Assembly: GCA_051859245.1 (NCBI GenBank)
Contig: JBHYGA010000001.1
Coordinates: forward strand, 448,001-512,000
DNA length: 64,000 nucleotides
Source of the DNA: Gemmatimonadaceae bacterium
Lineage (GTDB): Bacteria; Gemmatimonadota; Gemmatimonadetes; Gemmatimonadales; Gemmatimonadaceae
Reading direction: 5' to 3'
In this document: positions 47,950-58,000 of the stretch, piece after piece
How the letters are laid out: each line of letters opens with the position of its first letter
Numbering within the stretch: position 1 is the first letter of the stretch
Notes under the pieces: model-generated
What the model was told of the DNA's origin: nothing
The model's database searches: none
What the model saw: the letters and a program-made list of their open reading frames with translations, nothing else
Made by a program: the position numbers and the translations under genes

Positions 47950-49689
47950 ATGTCCCCAGGACCGATCTCGCGGAAGGAGTTCCTTGGACTCGGCGCGCTG
48001 ATGGCGGGCGCGCTGGGCGCATCGAAGCTGTCTGTGCCCGCCGCGCCGTGGCGAGCCGATCCCGGGCCGCCGCTGCCGCAGCGCGGCGGCGGCATTGAGG
48101 CCGACCTCATCGTCGTGAACGCGCGCGTACTCACGCAGGACTCGGCGCTGCCGCGCGCCGAAGCGTTCGCGGTGAAGGACGGACGGTTCCTCGCAGTGGG
48201 GAGCAATGCTGACATCCGAAACCTCGCGACTGCGCGCACGCGTGTCATCGATGCGGCGCAATACACCGTACTGCCGGGCTTCATCGACACACACTGTCAT
48301 CCACGCGGCTTGTCGGAGCTCTTCGAAGCCTCGGCGAATGTGCGCACCGTCGCCGAGCTGCAGGCGAATCTGCGCGCGCGTGTTGCGACCACGCCCGAGG
48401 GTTATTGGATCACCGGCGCAATGTTCGACGACACCAAGCTCGACAAGCGCCTCACGATTGCCGACCTCGATGCCGTGTCAACGCGGCATCCAATCGCGGT
48501 GAATCATCGTGGCGGGCACACGAGCTGGTACAACAGCAAAGCGTTCGAGCTCGCGGGTGTTACGCGCGACACGCCTGACCCGACCGGCGGGCGTTTCGTG
48601 CGCACTGCGAACGGCGATCTTGACGGCATGGTGGCCGAACTCGCGCGTGGTGTGATTTCGCGCGCTGGTCAGCGCGAGCGGTTCACACCGGAGCAGCAGC
48701 GGGCCCGCAGTAACGAGGGCATGGCGCACATCTCCAAGCTACTTACGGCGGCCGGACTTACGACCGTGCACGACGCCGGTACCGACCGGAACGCGATCCG
48801 CGCGTACGAAGACATGCGCGCGGCCGGGTTGCTGCGGCACCGCGCCTATTTGATGGTGCGCGGCGCCTACACCCAGCTGCGAGACGCCGGCGTGTACACC
48901 GGGTTCGGCGACGACATGATTCGCATCGGCGGCGTGAAATACTCGGCCGACGGCTCCGCGTCGGAGCGTACGATGCTCATGAGCACACCGTACGTGGGCA
49001 CCAACGACTACGGCATCGCGACGATGAGCGTGGAGGAGATCCACGAGGCCGTAGACGACGCACACCGCAACAACTGGCAGGTGGGTATCCACGCCAACGG
49101 CGACGTGACGATCGATCGTGTGCTCACCGCGTACGAACGCGCGCTCGCGCAGTGGCCGCACCCCGACCGGCGGCACCGGATCGAGCACTGCTCCCTCGTG
49201 AATCCATCATTGATCGCGCGCATTGCGAAGACCGGCACGATCCCGACACCGTTCTGGACCTACATCTACTTTCACGGCGAAAAGTGGGCGCAGTACGGTG
49301 ACGACAAGATGCGCTGGATGTTCGCGCACCGGTCGTTCCTCGACGCAGGTATTCGCGTGCCGGGTGCGTCAGACTACGGGCCGGGGCCGTTCGAGCCGCT
49401 CATGGCGATCCAGAGCATGGTCACGCGGCGCGACTTTCGCGGGAAGGAGTGGGGGCCCAACCAGCAAGTCACCGTTGACGAGGCGCTGCGCATCGCGACC
49501 GCGCACGGCTCGTATGCGTCGTACGAAGAGCGGACCAAGGGCACGATCACCGCGGGCAAGCTCGCCGACTTCGTCGTGCTCGAGAAGGATCCGCACGACG
49601 TGGCGCCCGATGCGATCAAGGACATCAAGGTGGTGCTGACGGTGGTCGGGGGGCGGACGGTACATCCTGAGCTCGAAGACGGACAGTAA
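47950..49689 (+). CDS. Amidohydrolase 3 (YtcJ-like) with Tat-like signal
   Basis: 'ISRKEFLG'; 'PGFIDTHCH', 'KYSADGS', 'IHANGD', 'HRIEHCS', 'GASD', 'GKLADFVVL'. Confidence 0.93.
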   Translation: MSPGPISRKEFLGLGALMAGALGASKLSVPAAPWRADPGPPLPQRGGGIEADLIVVNARVLTQDSALPRAEAFAVKDGRFLAVGSNADIRNLATARTRVIDAAQYTVLPGFIDTHCHPRGLSELFEASANVRTVAELQANLRARVATTPEGYWITGAMFDDTKLDKRLTIADLDAVSTRHPIAVNHRGGHTSWYNSKAFELAGVTRDTPDPTGGRFVRTANGDLDGMVAELARGVISRAGQRERFTPEQQRARSNEGMAHISKLLTAAGLTTVHDAGTDRNAIRAYEDMRAAGLLRHRAYLMVRGAYTQLRDAGVYTGFGDDMIRIGGVKYSADGSASERTMLMSTPYVGTNDYGIATMSVEEIHEAVDDAHRNNWQVGIHANGDVTIDRVLTAYERALAQWPHPDRRHRIEHCSLVNPSLIARIAKTGTIPTPFWTYIYFHGEKWAQYGDDKMRWMFAHRSFLDAGIRVPGASDYGPGPFEPLMAIQSMVTRRDFRGKEWGPNQQVTVDEALRIATAHGSYASYEERTKGTITAGKLADFVVLEKDPHDVAPDAIKDIKVVLTVVGGRTVHPELEDGQ

Positions 49690-49750
49690 GGGCGACGTCT
49701 TCGTGACGCTGAGTTGAGCTGTATTGCCAGTTGCGTGCTGCAGTGTCGAG

Positions 49751-50104
49751 CTATTGACGAACGTTGCGCATCTTCAGCCGATGTCCCACGTCAACGATTG
49801 CGGCAATCAGCGGCTGCAACTCGCGCCCGAGCTCGGTCAGGCTGTATTCAACGGTTGGTGGAGACGTAGGCATCGCGTGGCGTGAGATCACGCCCATGCG
49901 CTCCAACTCAACCAAACGTGCCGAGAGCATTTTCGCGGAGATCCCGTGCACGTCGCGACGGAGTTCACTGAATCGGCGCGGCGCGTCGCGCAGGTTCCAG
50001 ATGATGTGCGGCTTCCACGCGCCGCCGATCACGCGCATGCACTCCGTGAGTGGACACTCGGTCGGAGGCGGCGCCACTCGATTCTTGCGCATCGGAACGG
50101 GCAT
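49751..50104 (-). CDS. HxlR family winged-helix transcriptional regulator
   Basis: 'CPL...IGGAWKPHII', 'RRFSELRR', 'SAKMLSARL', 'PPTVEYSLTELG'. Start 50104 or 50092. Confidence 0.92.
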   Translation of the reverse strand: MPVPMRKNRVAPPPTECPLTECMRVIGGAWKPHIIWNLRDAPRRFSELRRDVHGISAKMLSARLVELERMGVISRHAMPTSPPTVEYSLTELGRELQPLIAAIVDVGHRLKMRNVRQ

Positions 50105-50116
50105 GTTTCTGCTCCG

Positions 50117-50178
50117 GTTACCGCGAGGTAACTCAATTCTCTCTGGTGGGTCTTGGTCGTGGTTACCAACGGTAACCA
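50117..50178. promoter_or_regulatory. Two palindromic operator boxes (likely HxlR sites)
   Basis: GTTACC-gcga-GGTAAC (50117-50132) and TGGTTACC-aac-GGTAACCA (50160-50178) in the divergent intergenic region. Confidence 0.7.
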
Positions 50179-50244
50179 GATTCTCCTCATGACGGCAAGC
50201 GCACCGAAGCGCGGTGCACAACAGTCAACATGAGGAATAGATCC

Positions 50245-50868
50245 ATGGCGAAGGTCGCGATTGTGTATCACAGCGGGTTCGGCCACACAAAGGTTCAGGC
50301 CGAAGCGGTGCATCGCGGGGCATCCCGCGTGGAGAATGTGGATGCGGTGCTGATCCCGATCGAAGAATACGAAACGCACTGGGACGTGCTTGATCGTGCG
50401 GACGCGATCGTGATGGGTGCGCCCACCTACATGGCCGGTGCGTCGGCGCAGTTCAAGGCATTCCTCGATGCAACTGCATCACGGTGGGCCGAGCAGCGCT
50501 GGAAAGACAAGCTCGCCGCCGGCTTTACCAACTCCGCCGGCTACAACGGCGACAAGCTCAATACGCTGCAACAGTTCAATCTGTTCGCGATGCAACACGG
50601 AATGATCTGGGTCGGGCTCGGACTGTTACCGGGGAATCACACGAGCAAGGGCTCGCCGGAGGATCTCAACAGACTCGCCAGCTTTCTCGGCGCGATGGCG
50701 CAGTCGAATGCCGATCAGTCAGCGGAGTTGGTACCGCCCCTGTCCGATCGCGCGACCGCCGAACATCTCGGCCAGCGAGTCGCCGAGGCTGCGCTAACGT
50801 GGCGCAGTGGTACACATGCGCAACGGTTGCAGTACGCAAGCGACACGCACGTGGCTATCGGGGCCTGA
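50245..50868 (+). CDS. Flavodoxin family protein (WrbA-like NAD(P)H-dependent FMN reductase)
   Basis: 'VYHSGFGHT', 'GAPTYMAG', 'WKDKLAAGFTNS', 'GDKLNTL', 'QHGMIW'. Confidence 0.93.
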   Translation: MAKVAIVYHSGFGHTKVQAEAVHRGASRVENVDAVLIPIEEYETHWDVLDRADAIVMGAPTYMAGASAQFKAFLDATASRWAEQRWKDKLAAGFTNSAGYNGDKLNTLQQFNLFAMQHGMIWVGLGLLPGNHTSKGSPEDLNRLASFLGAMAQSNADQSAELVPPLSDRATAEHLGQRVAEAALTWRSGTHAQRLQYASDTHVAIGA

Positions 50869-50869
50869 C

Positions 50870-51244
50870 ATGGACAACTCGTACGCAGCAATCGTGCAGG
50901 TAATGTCCGAATATTTCGATGGTTTGCACCACAGCGATTCAAATCGGTTATCGCGTGTGTTTCATCCTCAGGCGCATTACGTCTGCCCAACGGAAGACGC
51001 GCTCGTGTATCGCACGATGTCGGAATACTTCCCCATCGTCGACGCGCGTGAGTCACCGGCGAGTCGCGGCGAACCGCGACACGATCGGATTGTGTCGATC
51101 GAGTTTAGCGGTCCGGCACTCGCGTTTGTGCGCGCCGAATGTTCGATCGGACCGAAGTTCTTCACCGACTTCCTGACGTTTATCCGCACCAACGATCAGT
51201 GGCAGATCATCTCCAAGGTATTTCACTTCGACCTGCGCTCCTGA
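50870..51244 (+). CDS. NTF2-like (putative lumazine-binding) protein
   Basis: 'YFDGLHHSD..L..VFHPQA', 'FTDFLTF', 'WQIISKVFH'. Confidence 0.88.
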   Translation: MDNSYAAIVQVMSEYFDGLHHSDSNRLSRVFHPQAHYVCPTEDALVYRTMSEYFPIVDARESPASRGEPRHDRIVSIEFSGPALAFVRAECSIGPKFFTDFLTFIRTNDQWQIISKVFHFDLRS

Positions 51245-51282
51245 CAAAGCGCTGGTCGCTCACATCATCGAGTGAACAACAC

Positions 51283-51486
51283 ATGCCGTACATCAACATC
51301 AAGATCACGCGCGAAGGCGCGACGCGAGAGCAGAAGGCGCAACTCATTGCGGGAGTGACCGACCTCATGGTGCGCGTGCTCGACAAGAGTCCAGCAACCA
51401 CGTTCGTGGTCATCGACGAGGTCGAGCTGCGAGACTGGGGGATTGGTGGTTTGCCGGTGGACGAGTTTCGTGCGCAGGCGACGTAA
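51283..51486 (+). CDS. 4-oxalocrotonate tautomerase family protein
   Basis: N-terminal Pro: MPYINIKIT..ATREQKAQLIAGVT..'VVIDEV..DWGIGG'. Confidence 0.93.
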   Translation: MPYINIKITREGATREQKAQLIAGVTDLMVRVLDKSPATTFVVIDEVELRDWGIGGLPVDEFRAQAT

Positions 51487-51558
51487 ACGAAGCGAGCGAA
51501 GCGAGGGAAGGGGCCGTCAGGCGACGCGCCGTTCGGGCGTCGCGAAACTTTCAACCGG

Positions 51559-51637
51559 CTTACGGCGTAAGGCGAACATCCGCCCTGCTTGACCGACACA
51601 AACTTACGGTGTACGTTCAACCATACACCGTAAGTTT
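51559..51637 (+). promoter_or_regulatory. Sigma70 promoter with three palindromic operator boxes
   Basis: TTGACC (51589)-17nt-TACGTT (51612); boxes CTTACggcGTAAG, CTTACggtGTACG, CATACaccGTAAG; 14-10-14 perfect inverted repeat at 51600-51637. Confidence 0.75.
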
Positions 51638-51733
51638 ACGCCACCTCGCTCTCCCACTCCCCATGCGTCATGCTTTCGCCGCCCTCATCGAACGGGCACG
51701 TTGCACAACATCATTTCACGTCTCGAAGTTTTC

Positions 51734-54181
51734 GTGAAACGCGCACTCTACGTTCTCGCGCTCCTCATGGCAGTGCACGCCGCAACGCCGCTGCGCGCGA
51801 TGGCGAGCCCAACAGTCCAGGCGCCGGTCCCGACACAGGACACGCTCCCCTCCGCCCGCCCCGAACGCGTGGCCGGCTACGTGCGCAGCGTCGCCTCGGG
51901 CGAGGTGGTGCGCGGCGCGATCATTCGCGTGGATGCCGACGCGCAGGTGCGCCAGACCAATGAAGAGGGGTTCTACGCCCTCGTGCTTCCCGCGGGCCCG
52001 CATCGGTTGCGTGTGCGAGCGATCGGCTACGCGCCGCTCGACACCACCATCGTGGTGAATGGACGGCTGGATCTCACCCTTCGCCTGCGCGCGTTGGAGA
52101 AAGTGTTGCAAACCGTGCAGGTGCAAGCGAAGCGCGAGGAACGCGCCGACCTGGATCCCGCTGCGCCACAGATGAGCGTCGTGCGCCTGAGCATGGCCGC
52201 AGCCAAGGCGGTGCCACCGGTGCTCGGCGAGGTAGACCCGTTGCGCACCCTCACGCTGCTGCCGGGTGTGTCGACGACGTCCGACGCCTCCACCGCCTTC
52301 TCCGTGCGCGGTGGTAGCGTCGACCAGAATCTCATCCTGCTCGATGAATCCACGATCTACAACCCATCACACATTCTCGGCTTCCTCTCCACGTTCAACG
52401 CCGACGCGATCGACAATGTCACGCTCTACAAGGGCGGTATTCCAGCGCGTTTTGGCGGGCGCCTGTCGTCGGTGGTCGACATCCGACAGCGTGATGGCAA
52501 CCGCGAGGAGTTCGCGGGCACGGCGTCCATTGGTCTGCTCTCCAGCAAGCTGCTGCTGGAAGGGCCAGTGCCGGGCAAACGCGGGTCGTACATTCTGGCC
52601 GCGCGACGCTCCTATGCCGATGCCTTTCTGCCGCTGGCCAGCGACTCGACGATCCGCGACAACCGCGCCTACTTCTACGACCTGAATGCCAAAGCGCAGG
52701 TCAACATCGGGACCACCGGAGCTGTGATCGCGTCGGGCTTCATGGGCCGCGACCTCTTTGCGGTGCAGAACGCCGGCTTCGGCGCCACGTGGGGCAACCG
52801 GGCCACCGCGCTCCGTTGGAATCAGGCCTTCGGTGGGCGGCTGTTCTCAAAAATCTCCGGTGCCTGGAGCGACTACGACTACAAGCTGGGCCTCCGCGCC
52901 GAGCCCGACGACTCGGCGACCTGGGTCGCGCGGATCGTGAGCGCGGACCTTCGGATCGATGAGACCTGGCAGATGACCGCCAACCAGCGGCTCAGTGCCG
53001 GCGGCGAGTTCTCGCGCAGCATCTTCCGTCCTGGTCGGCTGAGCCCGGTTGGTGACACGGCGGGCTCCAGTTTGCGCACGCGCGAAGTGGAACGACGCCT
53101 GGGCGTCTCCCGTGCCGCATTCGTGAACTGGGAGATGGAGGTGGGAACGCGACTGGGCTTGCAGGCTGGCCTGCGCTACGCCGACTTCGCCCGCGTGGGC
53201 GAGGGTACGCGGTACGAGTACGCGAACAATGCGCCACTCGTCTGGAACCCGTTGCTGGCTCGGTACGAGCCTGGTGTGCTGGTGGACAGCAGCCGTGTGC
53301 CTCGCGGCACGCGCATGGCGTTCTACGATGGCCTTGAGCCGCGCGCTACAGTGCGCTTCTCCCTCACACCACAGCACAGCCTGAAGGCCAGCTACGCGCG
53401 AACGCAGCAGTTCCTGCAGCTCGTGTCGAACACGAACTCGCCCACGCCGCTGGATGTGTGGGAGCCGGCCGGGCCGTACATCCGCCCGCAGGTGGCCGAC
53501 CAGTATGCGTTCGGTTGGACGGGACAGTACCGCGGCGTGGAGCTCACGGCTGAGGCGTACTGGAAGCGGGCGCAGAACGTCGTGGACTACATCGATGGAG
53601 TAGATGTTTTTCTGAATCCGCGCCTGGAGACAATGCTCGTTCAAGGCGAAGGACGCGCGTACGGACTGGAGCTGTTTGCCAGGCGCGCCGAAGGACGCTT
53701 TTCCGGCTGGGCGAGTTATACGCTGGCACGCGCCGAGCAGCGCTTTCCCGCGGCGGGCACCACGAATGGTGGGATCAGTGGCGGACGCTGGTATGCGTCG
53801 CCGTTCGACAAGACGCACAACCTGTCGCTCGTGGGCAGCTGGTTGTGGAAGCCAAAGTGGCGCGTTGGATCGACCTTTGTGCTCGCGTCGGGCCTCCCGG
53901 CCACACTGCCGCGCGCGCGCTACTGGGTGGATGGTTTTCTCGTGGCGGAATACGGCGATCGCAACTCATCGCGCCTGCCACTCTATCACCGCCTCGATCT
54001 GAGCCTCACGCGACAGCTGCGGCGTGGCGAGCTGCAGTTCGGCGTGGTGAACGCTTACAACCGCTTCAACGCGCAGTCGCTGCGCGTTGAGCAGCGCAAC
54101 GACAATCCGCTGGTCGCTGACGCGGTCCAGACTTCCATTTTTGGCATCATTCCGAGCTTGAGCTATGTCTTCCGTTTTTAA
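51734..54181 (+). CDS. TonB-dependent receptor with carboxypeptidase-regulatory-like N-domain
   Basis: 'LGEVDPL..L.LLPGV', 'VRGGSVDQNLILLD', 'YKGGIPARFGGRLSSV', 'YHRLDLS', terminal 'YVFRF'. Confidence 0.94.
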   Translation: MKRALYVLALLMAVHAATPLRAMASPTVQAPVPTQDTLPSARPERVAGYVRSVASGEVVRGAIIRVDADAQVRQTNEEGFYALVLPAGPHRLRVRAIGYAPLDTTIVVNGRLDLTLRLRALEKVLQTVQVQAKREERADLDPAAPQMSVVRLSMAAAKAVPPVLGEVDPLRTLTLLPGVSTTSDASTAFSVRGGSVDQNLILLDESTIYNPSHILGFLSTFNADAIDNVTLYKGGIPARFGGRLSSVVDIRQRDGNREEFAGTASIGLLSSKLLLEGPVPGKRGSYILAARRSYADAFLPLASDSTIRDNRAYFYDLNAKAQVNIGTTGAVIASGFMGRDLFAVQNAGFGATWGNRATALRWNQAFGGRLFSKISGAWSDYDYKLGLRAEPDDSATWVARIVSADLRIDETWQMTANQRLSAGGEFSRSIFRPGRLSPVGDTAGSSLRTREVERRLGVSRAAFVNWEMEVGTRLGLQAGLRYADFARVGEGTRYEYANNAPLVWNPLLARYEPGVLVDSSRVPRGTRMAFYDGLEPRATVRFSLTPQHSLKASYARTQQFLQLVSNTNSPTPLDVWEPAGPYIRPQVADQYAFGWTGQYRGVELTAEAYWKRAQNVVDYIDGVDVFLNPRLETMLVQGEGRAYGLELFARRAEGRFSGWASYTLARAEQRFPAAGTTNGGISGGRWYASPFDKTHNLSLVGSWLWKPKWRVGSTFVLASGLPATLPRARYWVDGFLVAEYGDRNSSRLPLYHRLDLSLTRQLRRGELQFGVVNAYNRFNAQSLRVEQRNDNPLVADAVQTSIFGIIPSLSYVFRF

Positions 54182-55052
54182 GCAGCGTACGCGTGTACCA
54201 GTGTTGGGCGCCGCGCTGTTGTTGGTGATGGGCTGCGAGCGTGTCGTGGACATCACGGTGCCCACGATGCCCACACGCCTCGTGGTGAGCGGGCGACTTG
54301 AGCTCGTACGCGGCGCACCGTCTGGTCGGCAAGTCATCACGCTGAGCACCACCACGCCGTATTTTGACGCGGAAGGTCCACTGCCTGCGTTCGGCGCGGA
54401 GGTGCAGGTGACAGACAGTCGAGGTGTCACCACGATGTTCCGCGAGCAGCCGAGGGCGCCGGGCGTGTATCTGACTGACAGTCTTGTTCCGGCGCTCAAT
54501 CGGCGGTACACGCTGCGTGTGCGCTGGAACAACGAACTGTACGAGGCGAGCGACTCACTGCTGCCGGTGGCCCCGATCGATTCGTTTTATTTCCGGGAGC
54601 GTACGGGACTCTTTGCGCCACCAGATGTCGCGCAGGAATCGGGCCCGCGGGCGACGATCGACTTCCGCGATCCGCCCGGCGTGGACAACTACTACGTCTG
54701 GGACCAGTTCGTGGACGGGCAGCAACTGGTGGCGGCTGACACGGCATTTCGGTTTCGCCCCATGGAGCGCGATGCCTTCTTCAACGGCGCGCTCGTGCGT
54801 GGCTACCAGCCGTACTCGGGCATCGTGCTGCGCTCGGGCCAGACGGTGCGCCTGCGACACATGTCGCTCAGCGAGCAGGGGTATCGCTTCTATCTCACGC
54901 TGAACAACACGTCGCTCGGGGACGGCTCGCCGTTCTCGACACCGCCGGCGAGCTTGCGAGGCAATGTGGCCAACCTCACCCGTCCCGGGGAGCCTGCGTT
55001 GGGCTACTTCCTCACGGCGGAAGTGGATGAGCGAATCGGGAGGGTGCCGTAG
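54165..55052 (+). CDS. DUF4249 family lipoprotein
   Basis: Lipobox VMGC-ERVVDI; 'FRDPPGVDNYY', 'PFSTPPASLRGNV', 'ALGYF'; follows the TonB-dependent receptor. Confidence 0.88.
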   Translation: MSSVFKQRTRVPVLGAALLLVMGCERVVDITVPTMPTRLVVSGRLELVRGAPSGRQVITLSTTTPYFDAEGPLPAFGAEVQVTDSRGVTTMFREQPRAPGVYLTDSLVPALNRRYTLRVRWNNELYEASDSLLPVAPIDSFYFRERTGLFAPPDVAQESGPRATIDFRDPPGVDNYYVWDQFVDGQQLVAADTAFRFRPMERDAFFNGALVRGYQPYSGIVLRSGQTVRLRHMSLSEQGYRFYLTLNNTSLGDGSPFSTPPASLRGNVANLTRPGEPALGYFLTAEVDERIGRVP

Positions 55053-58000
55053 CGAACGGCGTAGCTGCTGCGGTTTTGTGAATCACGCTCACGGCGCGTC
55101 GATTGTTCGAACGCTCTCGATCAATCCACCGCACGTCAGGATCGATCTCCACGTGCACCGGTCGCGCCGCGATCGTCTCGGACCAGCGCAACACGCCGTG
55201 CTTCGCACGCACACTGCCCCGGTGCAGCACCCGCGAGTCTTCACCGCGCACGACAACATCAACGAGCGTTTCCTCGGCGGGCGACGATTGTTCGACGCCG
55301 TTGTGGTGCACAAGACGATCCACACGCGCCACCAGCTCAACGCGATAACCCGCCGCAACTTGCCTCGCCGAGGCGCTGTCGACTCGCATGTCGTACAACA
55401 CACGCTCGGTCATCCATTCGTCCACCAGCGCGCGCAACTCTGGTGTGGGCGCCGCGGCGCGCAGGTGCTGGTGCAGCATGCTGGCGGTGGCCGCCCCTCT
55501 CGGCCCACCTTCAGACTGCACGAGTGATCGTAACACGGCTGTCATGAGCGAGTCTCCCAAGCGCGCGTGCAACGCCGCCATCGCCAAGGCGCCCTTGCCG
55601 TAGCTCATGTACGACTGATCCGTCATGGCCACCAGCGTTGGCTCGCTGCGTATTTCGCGGGCGCGTCCCGACAGATAGCGATCGTGATCGTACGCGAGGA
55701 TCGGCGCCACCGCATCAGCGCCGTGCATGGATGCCGTCACCAGTTGTTCACCGTATTTGGCCAGCGACTCCACGATCACACCACTGCCCGGCACGGACAG
55801 CGGCATCACCGTGTGCCCCCACCACTGGTGTGCGACTTCGTGCGCGACGCGCCGCGTCACAAGATCGATGTCGCCTGCACGCACGTCTGACAACATGCCA
55901 CGATCTTCGGTAAAGAACAGCGCGCCCGAACTCGCATACGCACCGAACCGCCAGAAAAGCGGCACCTCCGCCATGCGCAACACTGGTCGTGGATACGGGC
56001 TCAGCTTCGCGCCAAGCAGTGTGATTGTGCGCTGCGCCGCTTGCACCATCTGCTCGGCGTTGCGCGCGTGATCCGGATGATGCCACGCCTCGATGGTCAG
56101 ACCGCGTGTCGTCGCGCGCGTAACTGCGTAGCGCGCAGCTGCGATCGCAAACACCGGCGTTGTCGGACCATCGGATACATACTCGAAGTGGCGCCGTTCA
56201 TCGGCCGTCCATTCGCGCGTTAATCGACCAGGACCGATCACGGTTTGATCAACATCGGTGGACACATTCAGCGCGAGCGTGAACCACGCCGCACCTGCGC
56301 CGCGCCGAGCCAACCTGGTGAGCGAGTCCACACGCACCGTGGTGTCACGCGTCAGGTCTGCGGTGGGCGCGCCAAGTCCGGCACGGGCGCGCGCTTGCAG
56401 GTTTTGCTCTTCGTAGCTGGCACGATAGCCGATGATTGGGATCAGCGTGGTCGACATGATGAAGCTGCCGTTCTCGGCGACATCCGGCTGAAAGTTGTCG
56501 AAGCGCACACCGCCGCGATCCAGCGCCGCGTTGTACGTCATCGTTTGCGACGCACCGGGAAGCAGCGGCAACCGCAAGGCGAACACCCAGGTTGCGTGCG
56601 CCGAATCCAGGCGCACTAGCTCGGCGTTCGGTAGTTGCACGACGACCGCGCTCAAGTCGCGGGGCGGGGCAATCCATACCGTGTCGATTGGCATGTCGGT
56701 GCGATTCTCGAGCACAAACGTGGCACGAACCGTCGCCACGCGCTGCGCTGGCGGCAGATCGACGGCCATGCGCGCGTCGACGATGTTCGGCTGCGCACGC
56801 GTTTGCACATGTCGATAGTCTCGTTCGTACGCTACACTCCACGCCGTGCGCGCGGATGCCGACATCCAGTCGGAGTGCGGTTGCCCGCGCTGGTACAGCC
56901 ACGCACCCGACGCCACAATCGCAATCAGCGCAAAGGCCAACGCACCTCGCGCACCAGCAACTCCACCCACACCTGACTCGCGATTCTTGCGCGCAACTAC
57001 GCGCCGGAATGTCGCAAGCACGCGCGCGCGAACACCACGGTCAAAACCACGACGCCACAGTTGCCAGGTGCACGCCGCCACGAGCACGGCCCAACTAGCC
57101 CAGTACGTCGCAATCGCCACGAACGACTCCGCGGCAACACCGAAACCATCAAGATCCGAGAAGATGGGTGTGGGGAACACGCTGTACTGCAGCATGCTAT
57201 GCTGCAGCCCAGGCACACCGCCGCCAAACGTGACGATCATGAACGCGACGCCCGCAATGATGCCGATCCACCGATTCGGACTGATGAGCTGCAGCCCCAA
57301 CAACACCACTACACGAAGCATCACCGGAACCGACACGAACCAGGCAACGCCGAGATATGCGCGCACACTCACCGGTTCGTTGCCGCTCAGCAACTGCAGC
57401 GCCAGCATGATCGCGAGCCCCGCGGCAGCAAAGACCAGCGGAATTGCGCACAGCGCGACGAGTTTTCCGATATACAACGTGAAGTTGGAAACTGGTGTGG
57501 CATCAATCACACCGTCCGCTGCCAGCAGGCGTTCCCGCCACACGGTTTCGGCGGCGAAGTACACTGCGGAAAGCGTAGCAATCAATTCCAGCGGCTGACT
57601 CAACTTGCGCATGAGCACCGCACTCGTGGCCACAATGCGCGTGCCATATTCGCCGCTCGTCAGTTCCGAGAGTGCTTCAATGCCTACCGTCACGGCAAAC
57701 AACACGACCAGCGCCTGTACAATCCAGGAGCCAAATAGCAGGCGGCATTCCAAACGTGTCCGACGCAACATCTGTTGCAGCACAACATCAGCACCGGCCA
57801 ATGCGGGCGCGACGCGTTCGTACACGGGCGCGGCGCGCAACGCGTCGCTCCGAGGAGGGTGCGCCGAAACGTGCGTGGTGTGTGTCGTGGCGTGTGCCGT
57901 GGCGTGTGCCGTGGTGTGCGACACTCCGCCGCCGCGACCGAACCAGCGTCGCGCACCGGACACGCGACGGGACAACGCGGACGATCGGCGATACGTGAGC

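Noticed and set aside
55012..55052. 41-nt convergent overlap as a sign of frameshift
   Set aside because: Both proteins have complete domains before the overlap, and short 3' overlaps are common.
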